From positions 620,001 to 684,000 of the forward strand of contig JBBPEB010000030.1 of NCBI GenBank assembly GCA_039096225.1: a stretch of 64,000 bases of DNA, read 5' to 3'. Each line of letters opens with the position of its first letter. Position 1 is the first letter of the stretch. The position numbers and the translations under genes are program-made. This document shows, in pieces, positions 14,769-29,488 of this stretch. The notes beneath the pieces are model-generated. The model was not told the origin of the DNA, ran no database searches, and saw nothing but the letters and a program-made list of their open reading frames with translations. Source of the stretch: Blastocystis sp. Blastoise (lineage: Eukaryota; Protista; Bigyra: Opalinata).

Positions 14769-15696
14769 AAGACTATTTGTTTAAATATATTGAGTTTAGA
14801 ATATCTTAGTTTTTTGTTCTTCATTCATACTTTACTTATACACTTTAAAACACTTTTTATATTGTTAGTTTATATTAAACATATTAATGAATCTAGAAAC
14901 ACTTTTACTCAAAACTATATATATATATGTATTAAATCTAAGTATAAAACGAGACATTTTAAACATAGAAATTATTATAATGAATCATTTTAATTAGTCA
15001 TAAAAGTTAATATATAAAATTCTTTATATGCATAAAATATAATAAATTTTGTATACATGATACATAATATAGAAAAAGCATTTAAATGAATCAAATTAAT
15101 TTAAATAGAACTATTAGAAAGACTTACAAATAAAAATAATCATCATATATATATATATATATATATAGATGCTTAAATAAGCGAACTTAAATATTGAAAA
15201 CCTCGATTCTGATTTGTTTTTGATTTTAGTGTATAATAAAAAGCAATAAATGTTATAAATACATATTATTTAAGTATAGTAAACCCATAATCGAGAATAT
15301 CCTTGCAAAAGCGTAGTTGCTTTGATTATATAATAGTTTATCGATATTATAAATATCTAGATATTTGTGATAGCCTATAATGAGTTAGAAATGAAGACTT
15401 TGCAGGACAAATGAAGAATAGATATAAGATTTTCTTTTTATAAAGCATTGTGTTTCATCTAGTCTCCATGCTACTATTGTTTCTAATAATTTGAGGTAAT
15501 TAATGTTCTTTTATTAAGCACGTTTTTCTTTTGTAATGATCATGAGGCTCGATAAACTAGTTAGACTAGTGGTACCATAATCAATGATACAATTGGATCC
15601 ATAATAAAAAGCAAATACTATCAGGAAAATAATGTTGCTAACGAAAAACAAATAATAAAAATTTTCAAATTTTCTTTTTTGTTGTTTTCTTTATCC

Positions 15697-16490
15697 ATGT
15701 CATTTTTAAATAAGATCGGTATTTTAAAGTGTAATGCACTTACATGAATAATAAATATAGGTAATCCCAAGACAATTTTGGCACCTATGGTATAATTTCG
15801 TACTTTATAATTGTTATAATATAGGTTGATTGCTGCGACTTAGCATTTAGAATCTTAACGAGAAGACATGGATGTAATTTATGTTATACAGCTATGATGC
15901 ATTCACGACTTCTTATTGAAGATCCTGGCTATATGGATGAGAACTTTCAGACTTGTGAAGAGGACCATCCGTTAACTTGTCAGTTGAATGGAAATAACCC
16001 TGAGTACTTGCTAAAGGCTTCACAAAAATTAGAGCCATTCTGTGAGGCAATAGATCTTAATTTAGGTTGTCCTCAAGTATAGAAGATACTACTATAAATT
16101 ATTCTTTAAATAAATATTGAGTATTGTCTATAGGGTATAGCTAAAAGAGGATGCTATGGTGCTTATTTATTACCTAAATATGATATAATAGAACAAATTG
16201 TAAAGAGAATTGTTCCTAATATTCACATTGCATTTACTGCGAAGATACGATTATTATGTGATTTTAATGACACTATTCGTTTAGTAAAAATGCTGGAAAG
16301 AGAAGGTTGTCAATTAATTACAGTATATATATTATTTATAAAATATATTATATATATATATATTTAATGGTTGAATATTTTTTTTAATTATAATATATAA
16401 TGATTTATTATTTAATGATAATCTTCTTTACTATATTTCTCATTAAAGTATACAAAAACATTTTTAAAATATTATTATTATTATTATTAC

Positions 16491-16547
<57 letters not shown>

Positions 16548-17630
16548 GGTACATGGTCGTACTAAAGAGCAGAATAAAGATAAAATAGGATCCTGTGATT
16601 GGAATAAAATAAAAGCTGTTAAAGAATCTGTGAATATACCTGTATTTGCTAATGGAGGAATAGAGTGTTATGAAGATATACAAAGATGTATAGATTATAC
16701 GCATGTAGATGGTGTTATGATAGGAGAAGCGATACTAGAGAATCCAGCTATTTGTACAAATGGAAAAGATATTCACGGGAATCCTATTGGAGTGGTAGGT
16801 TTTGTTATTATTATAATTATTCTGTTTATATTTTTATTCTGTTTCTATTTTTATTATATTTATAATTTTATTATATTTATTATATTTATAAACTTACAAA
16901 CAACGTTAATACTAATATTATCCTAATAGTTATCTCTATATAGGATGATATAGTTAATGAGTATTTAGATTTAGCATCTGTATATCCTCCTCATCCATCA
17001 GAAATTCGAAATCATTTATTTAAAATATTATATAGAGCATTTCAATATTTCCCTGAGAAACGTAGTCAATTAGCATTAAATCCATTAAATACAGCAGAGT
17101 CACTTCTTCAAGTAAGAGATTTAGTTAAAGAATTAAGAGAAGCTATGAATAGTAGAGGAGATTCGTGGGTACTCACAGATTGTACTCAATGTGAAAACTC
17201 ATGGTATGTCTATATTCATTATCTATTTTTAGTTTTATTGATATATAGATTATTTATAACTATATTTTTTACGATATATACATATTTATAATTTTATGTA
17301 TAACACCATATTTATATATATATATATATATTCTATATAGGTATTTAAGACATAGAAATATAAATGGTCCTGAAACAGATCCTCGTCCTCGGAGTGTTTC
17401 CTCATCATCCTCAGATTGTATATAATAAAATAATATATAATAAAATAATATATAATATAATAAAATAATATATAATATAATAAAATAATATATAATATAA
17501 TAAAATAATAATATATAATAAAATAATATATAATATAATAATAAAATAATACAATAACATTCTATATATAGCTGATGTTCAATGTGGAAATTTATTTGGA
17601 TTTAATAACGATGATGATGATGACTTTTAA
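15697..17630 (+). CDS. DUS1: tRNA-dihydrouridine synthase (DUS1-like), spliced
   Basis: ILAPMVD, DLAFRILTRRHG, EDHPLTCQLNGN, IDLNLGCPQ..AKRGCYGAYL, TVHGRTKEQ, IPVFANGGI, DGVMIGEAILENPA. Introns include 15719-15760, 15790-15824, 16077-16133 and 16323-16548. Confidence 0.9.
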
Positions 17631-17775
17631 ATGTAATAATTTAATTATAAACTAAAATTTATATATATATTTTTTTATTTGATTTTTTTTGTTCATTAAC
17701 ATTTTTTTTAATTAAAAAATAAAAAACAAAACACAATATAAATAAACTGAATCAATCTTAAAGATTAAATTTTGT

Positions 17776-18960
17776 TTACATAAGTTTAGGAGTGACTTTA
17801 AGAACAACAACAGAGTGTCTGTATACACTAGCAGTGAATTCCTTATCGAAAACACCTAAATCTTCATGTTTCCATAAATCACGGACATAAGCAGAAGTAT
17901 TTTCTCTCATACCACAATCAGTAAAGATAGCAGTGATATCATGAGATTCAAAAGCATCGTTTCTATTAAAGAGAATAACAGCATAAGAACCATCAATAAG
18001 AGGAACACTCCAAACTTCATAATTACCAGTAGGAATATCACCATTAACTTCTTTATTTCCTCCCTTATCAGACCAAACACGATGACCTTGAACACCAAGA
18101 GCATCTTGATTAATAGCAATAATTTCCTTATTCTTAAGAATTTCAAAAGTTTCTTCAGTAGCTTTAGTAAGATCACAACCAATAAGAAGAGGAGATTTCA
18201 TAAGAGCCCAAAGAGAAAAATGAGTAATATATTCTTCCTTCCACATACCACCATTACCAACTTCTAACATATCAGGATCATTCCAACCACCAGGACCAGC
18301 AGCTCTCCATAAAGGTTCATTTTGATCACAAATAGAAATCATACTACCCCAATTATCACTAATATCACCAGTAGTTCTCCAAGAATTACCAGTTAAACGA
18401 GCCCATTCAGCAGGTTTGTTTACACCCCATTCACACATAGAAAGAAGCATAGTTCTCTTAGCATTCTTGAAAGCATCAGCCATAATAGGATAACGATGTT
18501 CAGGAATAATCTTTTCATCATAACAGTTATCATACTTAAGGTAATCTACACCCCATTCAGCATAAGTATCAGCATCAACCTTTTCATAACCAAGAGAACC
18601 AGGTCTTCCAGCACAAGTATGAGTACCAGCATCAGAATAAAGACCAAATTTAAGACCCTTAGAGTGAACGTAATCTACAAGAGATTTCATACCAGAAGGG
18701 AAAGTCTTAGGATCTTCAATAATTTTATTAGTACCGTTTTCACGAGAAACTTGCCAACAATCATCAAGATTCATATATTCATAACCAAGTTCAAGAAGTC
18801 CTTTTTCAATCATAACATCAGCAGTATCACGAGCTAATTGTTCGTTAATATTACAACCAAACTTATTCCAAGTATTAAAACCCATTTGAGGCTTTAAACC
18901 AAGACCATTATCGAAAGCTAAAGCAACAGCTATAAAGCAAATTAAATAACTAAATCTCAT
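17776..18960 (-). CDS. Secreted alpha-galactosidase, glycoside hydrolase family 27, intronless
   Basis: Signal peptide then FDNGLGLKPQMGFNTWN, MNLDDCWQ, DYLKYDNC (nucleophile), WRTTGDI (acid/base), GGWNDPDMLEVGN, PLLIGCD, VRDLW. Confidence 0.96.
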   Translation of the reverse strand: MRFSYLICFIAVALAFDNGLGLKPQMGFNTWNKFGCNINEQLARDTADVMIEKGLLELGYEYMNLDDCWQVSRENGTNKIIEDPKTFPSGMKSLVDYVHSKGLKFGLYSDAGTHTCAGRPGSLGYEKVDADTYAEWGVDYLKYDNCYDEKIIPEHRYPIMADAFKNAKRTMLLSMCEWGVNKPAEWARLTGNSWRTTGDISDNWGSMISICDQNEPLWRAAGPGGWNDPDMLEVGNGGMWKEEYITHFSLWALMKSPLLIGCDLTKATEETFEILKNKEIIAINQDALGVQGHRVWSDKGGNKEVNGDIPTGNYEVWSVPLIDGSYAVILFNRNDAFESHDITAIFTDCGMRENTSAYVRDLWKHEDLGVFDKEFTASVYRHSVVVLKVTPKLM

Positions 18961-19804
18961 TGTTACAAAAATAAACAATAAAAAGAATTATGTCAAAAAT
19001 AGCATTCCAAAAATTTGGTAAAAATCTCCCAAAATGAGATTAAAATGAGATCAAACTTATAGTAACGCTGACTCTGTCATCTATTATCTAGCCAATTATT
19101 AATTGTGTTTCTAACATGCTAAATACGAAGATTCATGGAGAACTATGAAAAAACGCACGATAAGATTAATTAATCACGGTTAAGAAAGAGCATGACCAAG
19201 AGACTGACGTTGTTTTGAAGAATTCTGTTGTAGTTCTTCTTATTCTTGATTATTTATTGATATAGAGGCGTTTTTCATCAATAATCACAATTGCCTTTTT
19301 TTTATTTGATGTGTGTCATCAAGAATCAAAGGAGAGATCCCTAAATATAGAAACAGAAAAATCTATTGGATACAATTCTTTAGATGGTTTCCACTTTTTC
19401 TTTTTATGAGAGTCATTTCTTGTTCCAAGGAGAAAATGTCATGCATTGCTTAGTTTTGTTAGAAAATGCATTATTAGGAATACTAGGAGTGAGAAAAACA
19501 ACTAATTCGTGTTTGCGATACTGCTTTTATCATTATAGTGAAAAATGTTGTCATTAATGATGATTACAGTTTTTTTCTTCATCAAAACTTATCTAAAGAG
19601 TAGTTTATTAAATAAATAAATAGGTCATCAAGTTATTTATGGTATAAAAGCTTTATAGACACAAATGTCAACGAATACGGACAAGAACTAAGCACAAATA
19701 GACATGTACATCATAAAAAGGAGAAAAGTAAACAAAAAAAAAGTGATGTAATAAATAGGTTTTTTTTGGTAAATAAAAATCAAAATAAAAAAGTAAATCT
19801 ATTC

Positions 19805-22168
19805 TTATTTCTTAGGGAAATATCTGGATATATTGGATGTGATATCATATTTACTAATATAGCCTTGTTTATCTGCTTTCACTATAGTTAATAAATTATG
19901 AACTTCTTCGGCAGTTAATTCACGTTGAATAATATCTTCTGTTATATGTATAAATTCATTTGCTGTGACTTTTTCAGTTGCATATATACTATTATTATCC
20001 ATCCATTCTAAATAGCTTAACTATAGAATAAAAATAATTAATTATTTTAGTATATATAAATATATATATTAGTTTTCTATATACTTCAATGTTATTTACA
20101 TCTTTAAATATATTTTGAACAAATTTCATATCAATATCAAATTTAGAATTTCTCTTTGAAGAGAAATTTACTTTAAATATTGTTATATAATAAATAGACA
20201 ATGCTGTCATACCACTAGAATAGAATGAATTATATTGTTATATAAATCAAATATTATATATATATAGGTATATATAAATATATATATATATATATATACA
20301 TTGCTCCAGAAACAAACCAAAAAGCATAAGGAGACGCTTCAAATCCTATTTATATATATATATTTTTATTATTATTATTTTATCATTATTTGTTAAATCA
20401 ATATATATATATATATACCATTAATAAGATTCATACCAAAAACAGCACCAAATAATGATCCAGTTGATAATGCTAACTATATATATAATAATAATAATAA
20501 TATTGATTTCTATTATTGTTATATAAATAAAATAAATGAATACAATTTATATATATGTATACTTGTGCTATAGATAATTTAAGGTTTACAGAAAGTAGTT
20601 TATTTCGTTTATTATCAAGATTAATCGTTGCCATGTCCTGGGTATTCACTACATTCTGTAAATGAGATCGTGTCTCATTAGATATATCTATAAACTATAT
20701 ATATATATATAGAAATAAGAATATAATATAGTTTCTATTAAATAGAATAGTTTATATATATAATAAATCTTCAAATAAATTAATATATATATATTTATAC
20801 TTTTCTATAATAACTTTCTAATAATAATTCTACCGGTAAATGCATATCATGTGGCGGCAAATGACCCGTTTTCTCTTTTTCCGTTAATAATAACTCTAAC
20901 ATATCTTCATCATTATCTAGCATCTCCTAATATATATAAGGATATATAAATATTCATTGAATATATATATATATAAGGATATATACATATTCATTGAATA
21001 TATAGATAAGGATATATAAACATTCATATAGAATAATAATATTTATATAGAATAATATAACAATAAAATATATTTTAATTTACTATTTTTATAATTGATA
21101 ATATATATATAATTATGAATATATATACTTGAATGCATCTAGCAATTTCTGAAGATAACGTATCTAACTGACTTAAACGGCTTCGAACAGAATGAAGATC
21201 ATGATAATATTCCTATAATATAATACCATTAGGATATATTGAACAAAAACAAATATCATATATATATATATATATAAAGAAATATTTAAGAATATTCAAA
21301 AGAATCAACAACAGTATCTGCTTCAACTACAAGTTGGTCAGCCATTACTTTATAAGAATCCAAACGACTTTCAAATGTTGAAGAAGCAATTACTAGTAAT
21401 CCTTCTAAAGAAGATAATTCAAAAGGAAACGTATTCCCATATCTAAAAGGAAATAATAAATTTTAAAAATAGTGTTGAAGAATTATAATTTAGTTATATA
21501 CATATAAATTCTAAAAAATATTTCAAAAAAAACAATAACATCTAGAACATATCAAAAATATATTTATATACCTTTCATTCTCTTCTTTATAATAATCTAA
21601 TATTTTGTCAGTTACTTTTTTTGTAATAGAAGAACCAACCTAAATAAACAATTCATTATTCTTATGATTTATATAATTAAAAAATACATCAAAAAAAAGC
21701 ATCGAATTACTAGTTATAATAGCTCTTAAAGTATCTAGTTGAACTAGAATCGCTTTTTTACGTGGTAGTATACAAGGCGCTGTACTTGAAGAAGATGGAT
21801 GTATAGCTAAAATATCACGAACATGTAAATCATAGTCTTTCATTAATGATGGAATTGTTATTGTCTTATTAATATGTTCACCATTAGGAAAGAAACTATT
21901 AGCATAATATATTCTATTCAAGATATATACGCAACAACTTTAAAAGAAGCATTATCTTTTTTTACATCTGATCCTTTTGTCTTAGGGTTTTCAAAGATAT
22001 CAGGAAGTGAGCTCATAGACTATTTTGATAAAATAAAGTGAGAAATAAAAGAAAGTTACATACTCGAATTACATGAGGTTCCGAAATAAATGTTCTTAAT
22101 GCTGTTTTCTTCAATAGAATGCATGAGCATATTAATGGAGTTTTCAGAAATTTGTTAAGAACATTCAT
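19805..22168 (-). CDS. MRS2: MRS2/CorA-family Mg2+ transporter with putative organellar presequence and degenerate C-terminal EF-hand-like region
   Basis: LHVRDILAI, ILPRKKAILVQLDTLRAIIT, FPFELSSLEGLL, DNDEDMLELLLT, ELLLESY, INLDNKRNKLL, GAVFGMNL (GMN signature) followed by a TM helix; basic/hydroxylated N-terminus. Confidence 0.85.
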
Positions 22169-22286
22169 AACCTTGAAAAAGCTAATAAAAACAAATTATG
22201 TTTCATGGAAATAAATATGTTTTTATTAAAATTATTTATAAAGTCAAAATGTCAATTCTATTATTAGAGTGGAAGAGGTTGTTGTC

Positions 22287-22428
22287 GGGATAATTTATGT
22301 TCAGCATAGTATGGCGAAAAAATTCATGCTCAGCATAGTATGGCCGATAAGCTACCCGCCTATTGGCCTAGTCTACTATGCATACTCTAAAGAAAACACC
22401 TTCTACTATGCTGAGTGTGAATTACGCC
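22287..22428. mobile_element. Putative 142-bp MITE (Mutator-like geometry) or structured RNA element
   Basis: Perfect 10-bp direct repeat GGTTGTTGTC at 22277-22286 and 22429-22438. Imperfect ~25-bp terminal inverted repeats GGGATAATTTATGTTCAGCATAGTA / TACTATGCTGAGTGTGAATTACGCC. GC-rich relative to flanks. Confidence 0.65.
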
Positions 22429-22656
22429 GGTTGTTGTCACAATAGTTATTATAGATGAATTAGAACGAAACATCCAGTATATGAAACATGAAGATAGACA
22501 TGAAGAGTGAAAGAATAGTCATAAAAAAAAACTAATAGAAAACGGTATAAACCATATATATATATTGATGAACACAAAGAAAACTTTTATATATTTCATT
22601 TATAAAGATTATAAATGATATTAAATACAAAAGAAATCTTATATATATATATATAA

Positions 22657-22694
<38 letters not shown>

Positions 22695-23024
22695 ATTATA
22701 TAAACAAAAAAATATATATAAGATTTGTGAACTAATAATATAATAACAACAACATAAAACAATAGATATAATTATATAGATATATAAAGTTCATATATAT
22801 ACGTATATATACAAGTAATAAAAAGAAATAGACATTCTTACATAAAAGTAATTTATCAAAAGTTCTTAGAAAAATGAAAAAGAAAAAAATATATACTATA
22901 ATAATCCATAAGGGAATATATATATATATAATATTAAAAAAGTGATTAAAAATGAAAATATATATGTATAAAAATAAAAATATTTTTTTCAAATAATTAA
23001 AAATGAGAATATAGATATATAATG

Positions 23025-23056
<32 letters not shown>

Positions 23057-23471
23057 AAGAGGACTAGAAAATGAATTTAAAAAAAAGAGAAGAGAATGAA
23101 AAGTAGATCCATAGAAGAAAACAATTATAAATAAACTATATACGTATAGATATATATAAATGAAATATAAATGGAAGAGAAAAAACATAAAAGCGGGTAT
23201 ATATAAACATATATGAATATATATGCATATATATAATATTTATATATATATAAAAAAAAAGCATATTAAGAAAAAATGAAGTGAATATTACAATATTAAA
23301 AAATAAATAAATAATTTAGAATTCTAATATCTACTTTATAATAGAAAGCGAATGAATAGAAAAATTCATTAATTATACAAAAAAAAAGCAATACATATAA
23401 TTAGTTTTTAAAAATCAAGCATACTATATAAATAAATATATATATTACATAGATATAAATCAATAATATTA

Positions 23472-25546
<2,075 letters not shown>

Positions 25547-26332
25547 AATTCCTTGTAAACTATAACTGTTCTAAGAAAACTATATGCAGATTTAAAATGA
25601 AAGATCAATTCTAAAACTCATGACACTTATTCAGTATGAGAGTATTCTTTGTAACCATGTCTTTAAAACGGATTTCCCACAGATTATTCGAGATTAATCG
25701 TGATTATTGCTGTTTCTTTTTTGAACCATTCTTCTTTTCAGAATAATCCTTTTTTCCTACGGTTATTTTCAGAATATCCGGGTTCTCTTTATGATTATCT
25801 ATAAATATTTTGTAGGTTTAAATTCAAATGGCAGTTTTATTTTTCCCAGTCAACCAACGTATTTTATCTCGAAAATAATGTTATTAATAGTTTTTTTATA
25901 TTCTTACTATCCTTCATTATCTATTGTTGAATAAAGTATGTTTACTTTGAAAAATGAACCATTCCTAATGAGAATTAATTATACACATTCCTCTAATCGA
26001 ATGAATATGACATTCTAATCAATTTATCTTTTTTTTATGTTATTCTTCGTTATTAATATGAATGTTGTTGCATTGAAATACTGATATATATATGTATCCG
26101 ATTAAAAATCAAAAATTAGATATTTAGATGAGTCTAATTTGAAGAAAATTGTTTATAGATAATAAATAGGTGTTGAGTAATGTTTTGTTATGAAATTAAG
26201 GAAGGAAATTTATTGCAGATTCTCATAGTAAATAAAACAAAACATGAATAAATAAGAAATAATGCATATAAATAAATATTAAATGCATATAATAAATATT
26301 ATTCTAGAATGAATAATAAAAAAATAAAATGT

Positions 26333-28024
26333 TTATAAGCATCTGTTTTTATCATTCCAAAGATCAGGGTTTCCATTAAGGAATACCTTCATAGGTTCAG
26401 ATATACTATTTGCTTGAGAAATAGATTCAGGAGAAAGTTTAATATTAACAGCTTCAATATTAGAGATAATTTGTTCAGGTCTAGAAACACCAAAAATCAT
26501 ATTATCTACATATCCTTGAGAAAGAACATAACTAAGAGATAATTGAGGTAAAGTAATATTTAATTGTTGAGACATAGTCTTTAATTTAGAAAGAGTCTAT
26601 AATGATGTATTATAGATTTTTTATATTGAGAATTTATTGAAAATATATATATAAATAATAATATAATATATAATATATAAATAATATATATATATATATA
26701 AATAATATAATCTATAATAATAATATAATCTATAATAATAATAAAATCTATAATAATAATATAATCTATATACATCCCATAATAAGGGTTCATTTCCTTC
26801 AGAACCATGTCGAGACATACTGGAAGATTTACAATTAAAATATCTATAATAAAACAATAAATAAATTATGTAATAAAAATAGAAACAAAAAAAAAACTAA
26901 ACTTATATACTATAGTAATAGAACAATAAATATTAAAAACATTTATATATATATATATATTGGATACCTGCTACGAGATAAACCATCAGGACATTGTTCA
27001 GTAGTTGTATATTTACCGGTAAGAAGACCTTGAGATAAAGGAGAATAAGCAAGAACATTCATGCTATGCGAATGACAGAAAGGAACAATATCATCTTCTA
27101 TGCATCTATTAAGAAGAGAATAAGGAAGTTGATTTGATACAATAGGAATACCTAAATCAAGAGTCTCCGTCATCTGTTGAACACCAAAGTTAGAAATACC
27201 AATAGCGCGAATCTTTCCTTCATCTACTAATTCTTGAAGTACAGGAATATATATAGAAGGCTTTATAGAAGGATTATACCAATGAATCTATAGAATATAT
27301 TTATATATTGTTAATAAAATGTATTCATTATGGTATACTACAATAGAATAGCAAAATATATTATTAATAACAAAATAGTTTGAAGAAAAAAAGAATTACT
27401 TGCATAAGATCAAGATAACTAGTTTGTAAATTATCTAAAGTATTTTGCACAGTTTGACGTAACTTTGTAGGTTCTAAACAATCACCTACAGCCTTAGAAG
27501 CAAGAACATATTCTTCACGAGTACGACCTGATTTAGAAAGAGCAGCACCAAGAGCCTTTTCAGAAACTATAAATTATATTTTATTTATTGTATTCTACTG
27601 AATTATTGAATAAGAAGAATAAAGTATTATTAAATATATATATATAAACATATTTATTTTAAATTAAAAAATAACAAAAATAACAAAATAAAATGAATTA
27701 CATACCACCATTACCATAACCTTCAGCAGTATCAAAGAAATTTATACCACCTATACGATTTTATATTAAGTTTACAAATGAATAACTTTAATAATATACA
27801 ATCGAAAGCTGTTTTAACGATTTGAGCTTCGACTTCAGGAGTCTATAATTTGAAATAAAGATAATCAGTACTTATAAAATACGTTTTTCTTATAGAAGAA
27901 AGTATCACCGAATTGCCAGGTACCTAAGGCAAGTTTAGAAACCTAAACCAATAAAGTTGGAAATAACTGTGAAAATAAATACTTCAAGATCACCAATTTT
28001 GTTATGAGGAATTGTAACAGACAT
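26333..28024 (-). CDS. Aldo/keto reductase, spliced
   Basis: VSKLALGTWQFG, GINFFDTAEGYGNG, YVLASK, YLDLMQIHW, GKIRAIGISNF, NQLPYSLLNR, LAYSPLSQGLLTGKY, IFGVSRPEQIISN. Confidence 0.92.
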
Positions 28025-29488
28025 TATTCAAAGTAATTTATAAAATCCTTATAAAAGAATCAAAGTTAATAAAATAAATATGTTGTTTCAAGGAATGCTA
28101 ACAGCAGAAAAACACGTTAGAATCTTTCTTTTCTTTGAAATATTTGAGATATACATAAGAAATAGGAAGATCCAAGAACCCGATGTTGACTTTGTTTTTT
28201 TCCAACAAATAAAAGCACTAGTCGTTTCGATCAGAGCCAATCACTCGATTCCTTAGAATCAATATTCCCAAGAAACTTCAACATTCAATAATTTTATTCT
28301 TTTTTTTTTTGAAATGATCTTTTATCACTTAGTTCTCTCTTTATTATTGATATTTTATAATAAAATGAAGTGAAACAACATGATGAATGAAGGAATAGCA
28401 ACTATATTGTAGTTTATACAAAAAAATTAAAATTCAATAATTGTTTTCATAATATATTTTTTCATGACTATAAACTAAGAATTCTAGTCTTTTTTTTTCT
28501 TTTTTGATTATCTGCTGATCAAAAATATATCTTTGGTTCGAAAAATGCAGCTTCATTATTCACTGTCAATTTTCACTATTATACTAATCATAATACGTAG
28601 TATAATAAGTATGTAATGAAATCAGTAAAACTATTCACTCTTACTAAAAAATAACGAATTCAGTAATTCTTAAAATATCGTGGTAATTCGTATCAAATCC
28701 AGTATATTTTTATGAATTCCCGTTAATAATATGTTTTGAGTTCCTTCTCTTATGAAAAACCTAGTCTTTAATTAGATTACCCTATTTAATATATGTGGAA
28801 AATGAGCACAAGATACTCTTCTTTATAAATAACATCAAAATCAAAGCGGTAGCTGATGTTTTTCGTTCATTGTATTTCTCATAAGATTTCCCACTGAGAA
28901 TTATTAAAATGACATATTCAAATAATACTGCATAACTTAGATTCTTCAACAAGTCATGAATTTTTGATAATTATAAAATCACTATTTTTAACAATAAAAC
29001 TGAATTCTCTATGCTATTGTCATTATTATTTAAGATATTAGCAACAATAATATTTCACATTAAACAATAAAAAAGAACAAAAAAAGAATTAATTATTGTA
29101 ATACTTTTCTAGTAATTATAAAGTTATCAAAATTCTTATATTCTTAAATTTTCTTTTTTAACGAATAATTTCTAAATTACGTTAATCTTTTTAAAATATA
29201 ATATAATAAAAAAGAACATCAAAAATGGAACATTTGAAGCAAAAATTTTCGACTCAATTCAGAGTTCATCTGATTATTTTTAAGAATTCATTTGCTTCTT
29301 TTGTGTTTATGTTTTTTTAACAAAAGCAAATGCATATTCTTATTGGATTATTTTTAATGATAGTCCAATCATTCTGATAAAGATCATAAAAACCCTATAT
29401 ATTTTTCTTGGTTAACACAAAACTTCTAGAATTCAATAAAATAAAAATTGATATACTTCAATAAATTATTTTATTTTATAAAATTAAG

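Noticed and set aside
22500-23450. Several hydrophobic Y/I/F-rich ORFs here and in many introns
   Set aside because: Low-complexity AT/TA-repeat DNA (3' flank or introns) with no coding signature.
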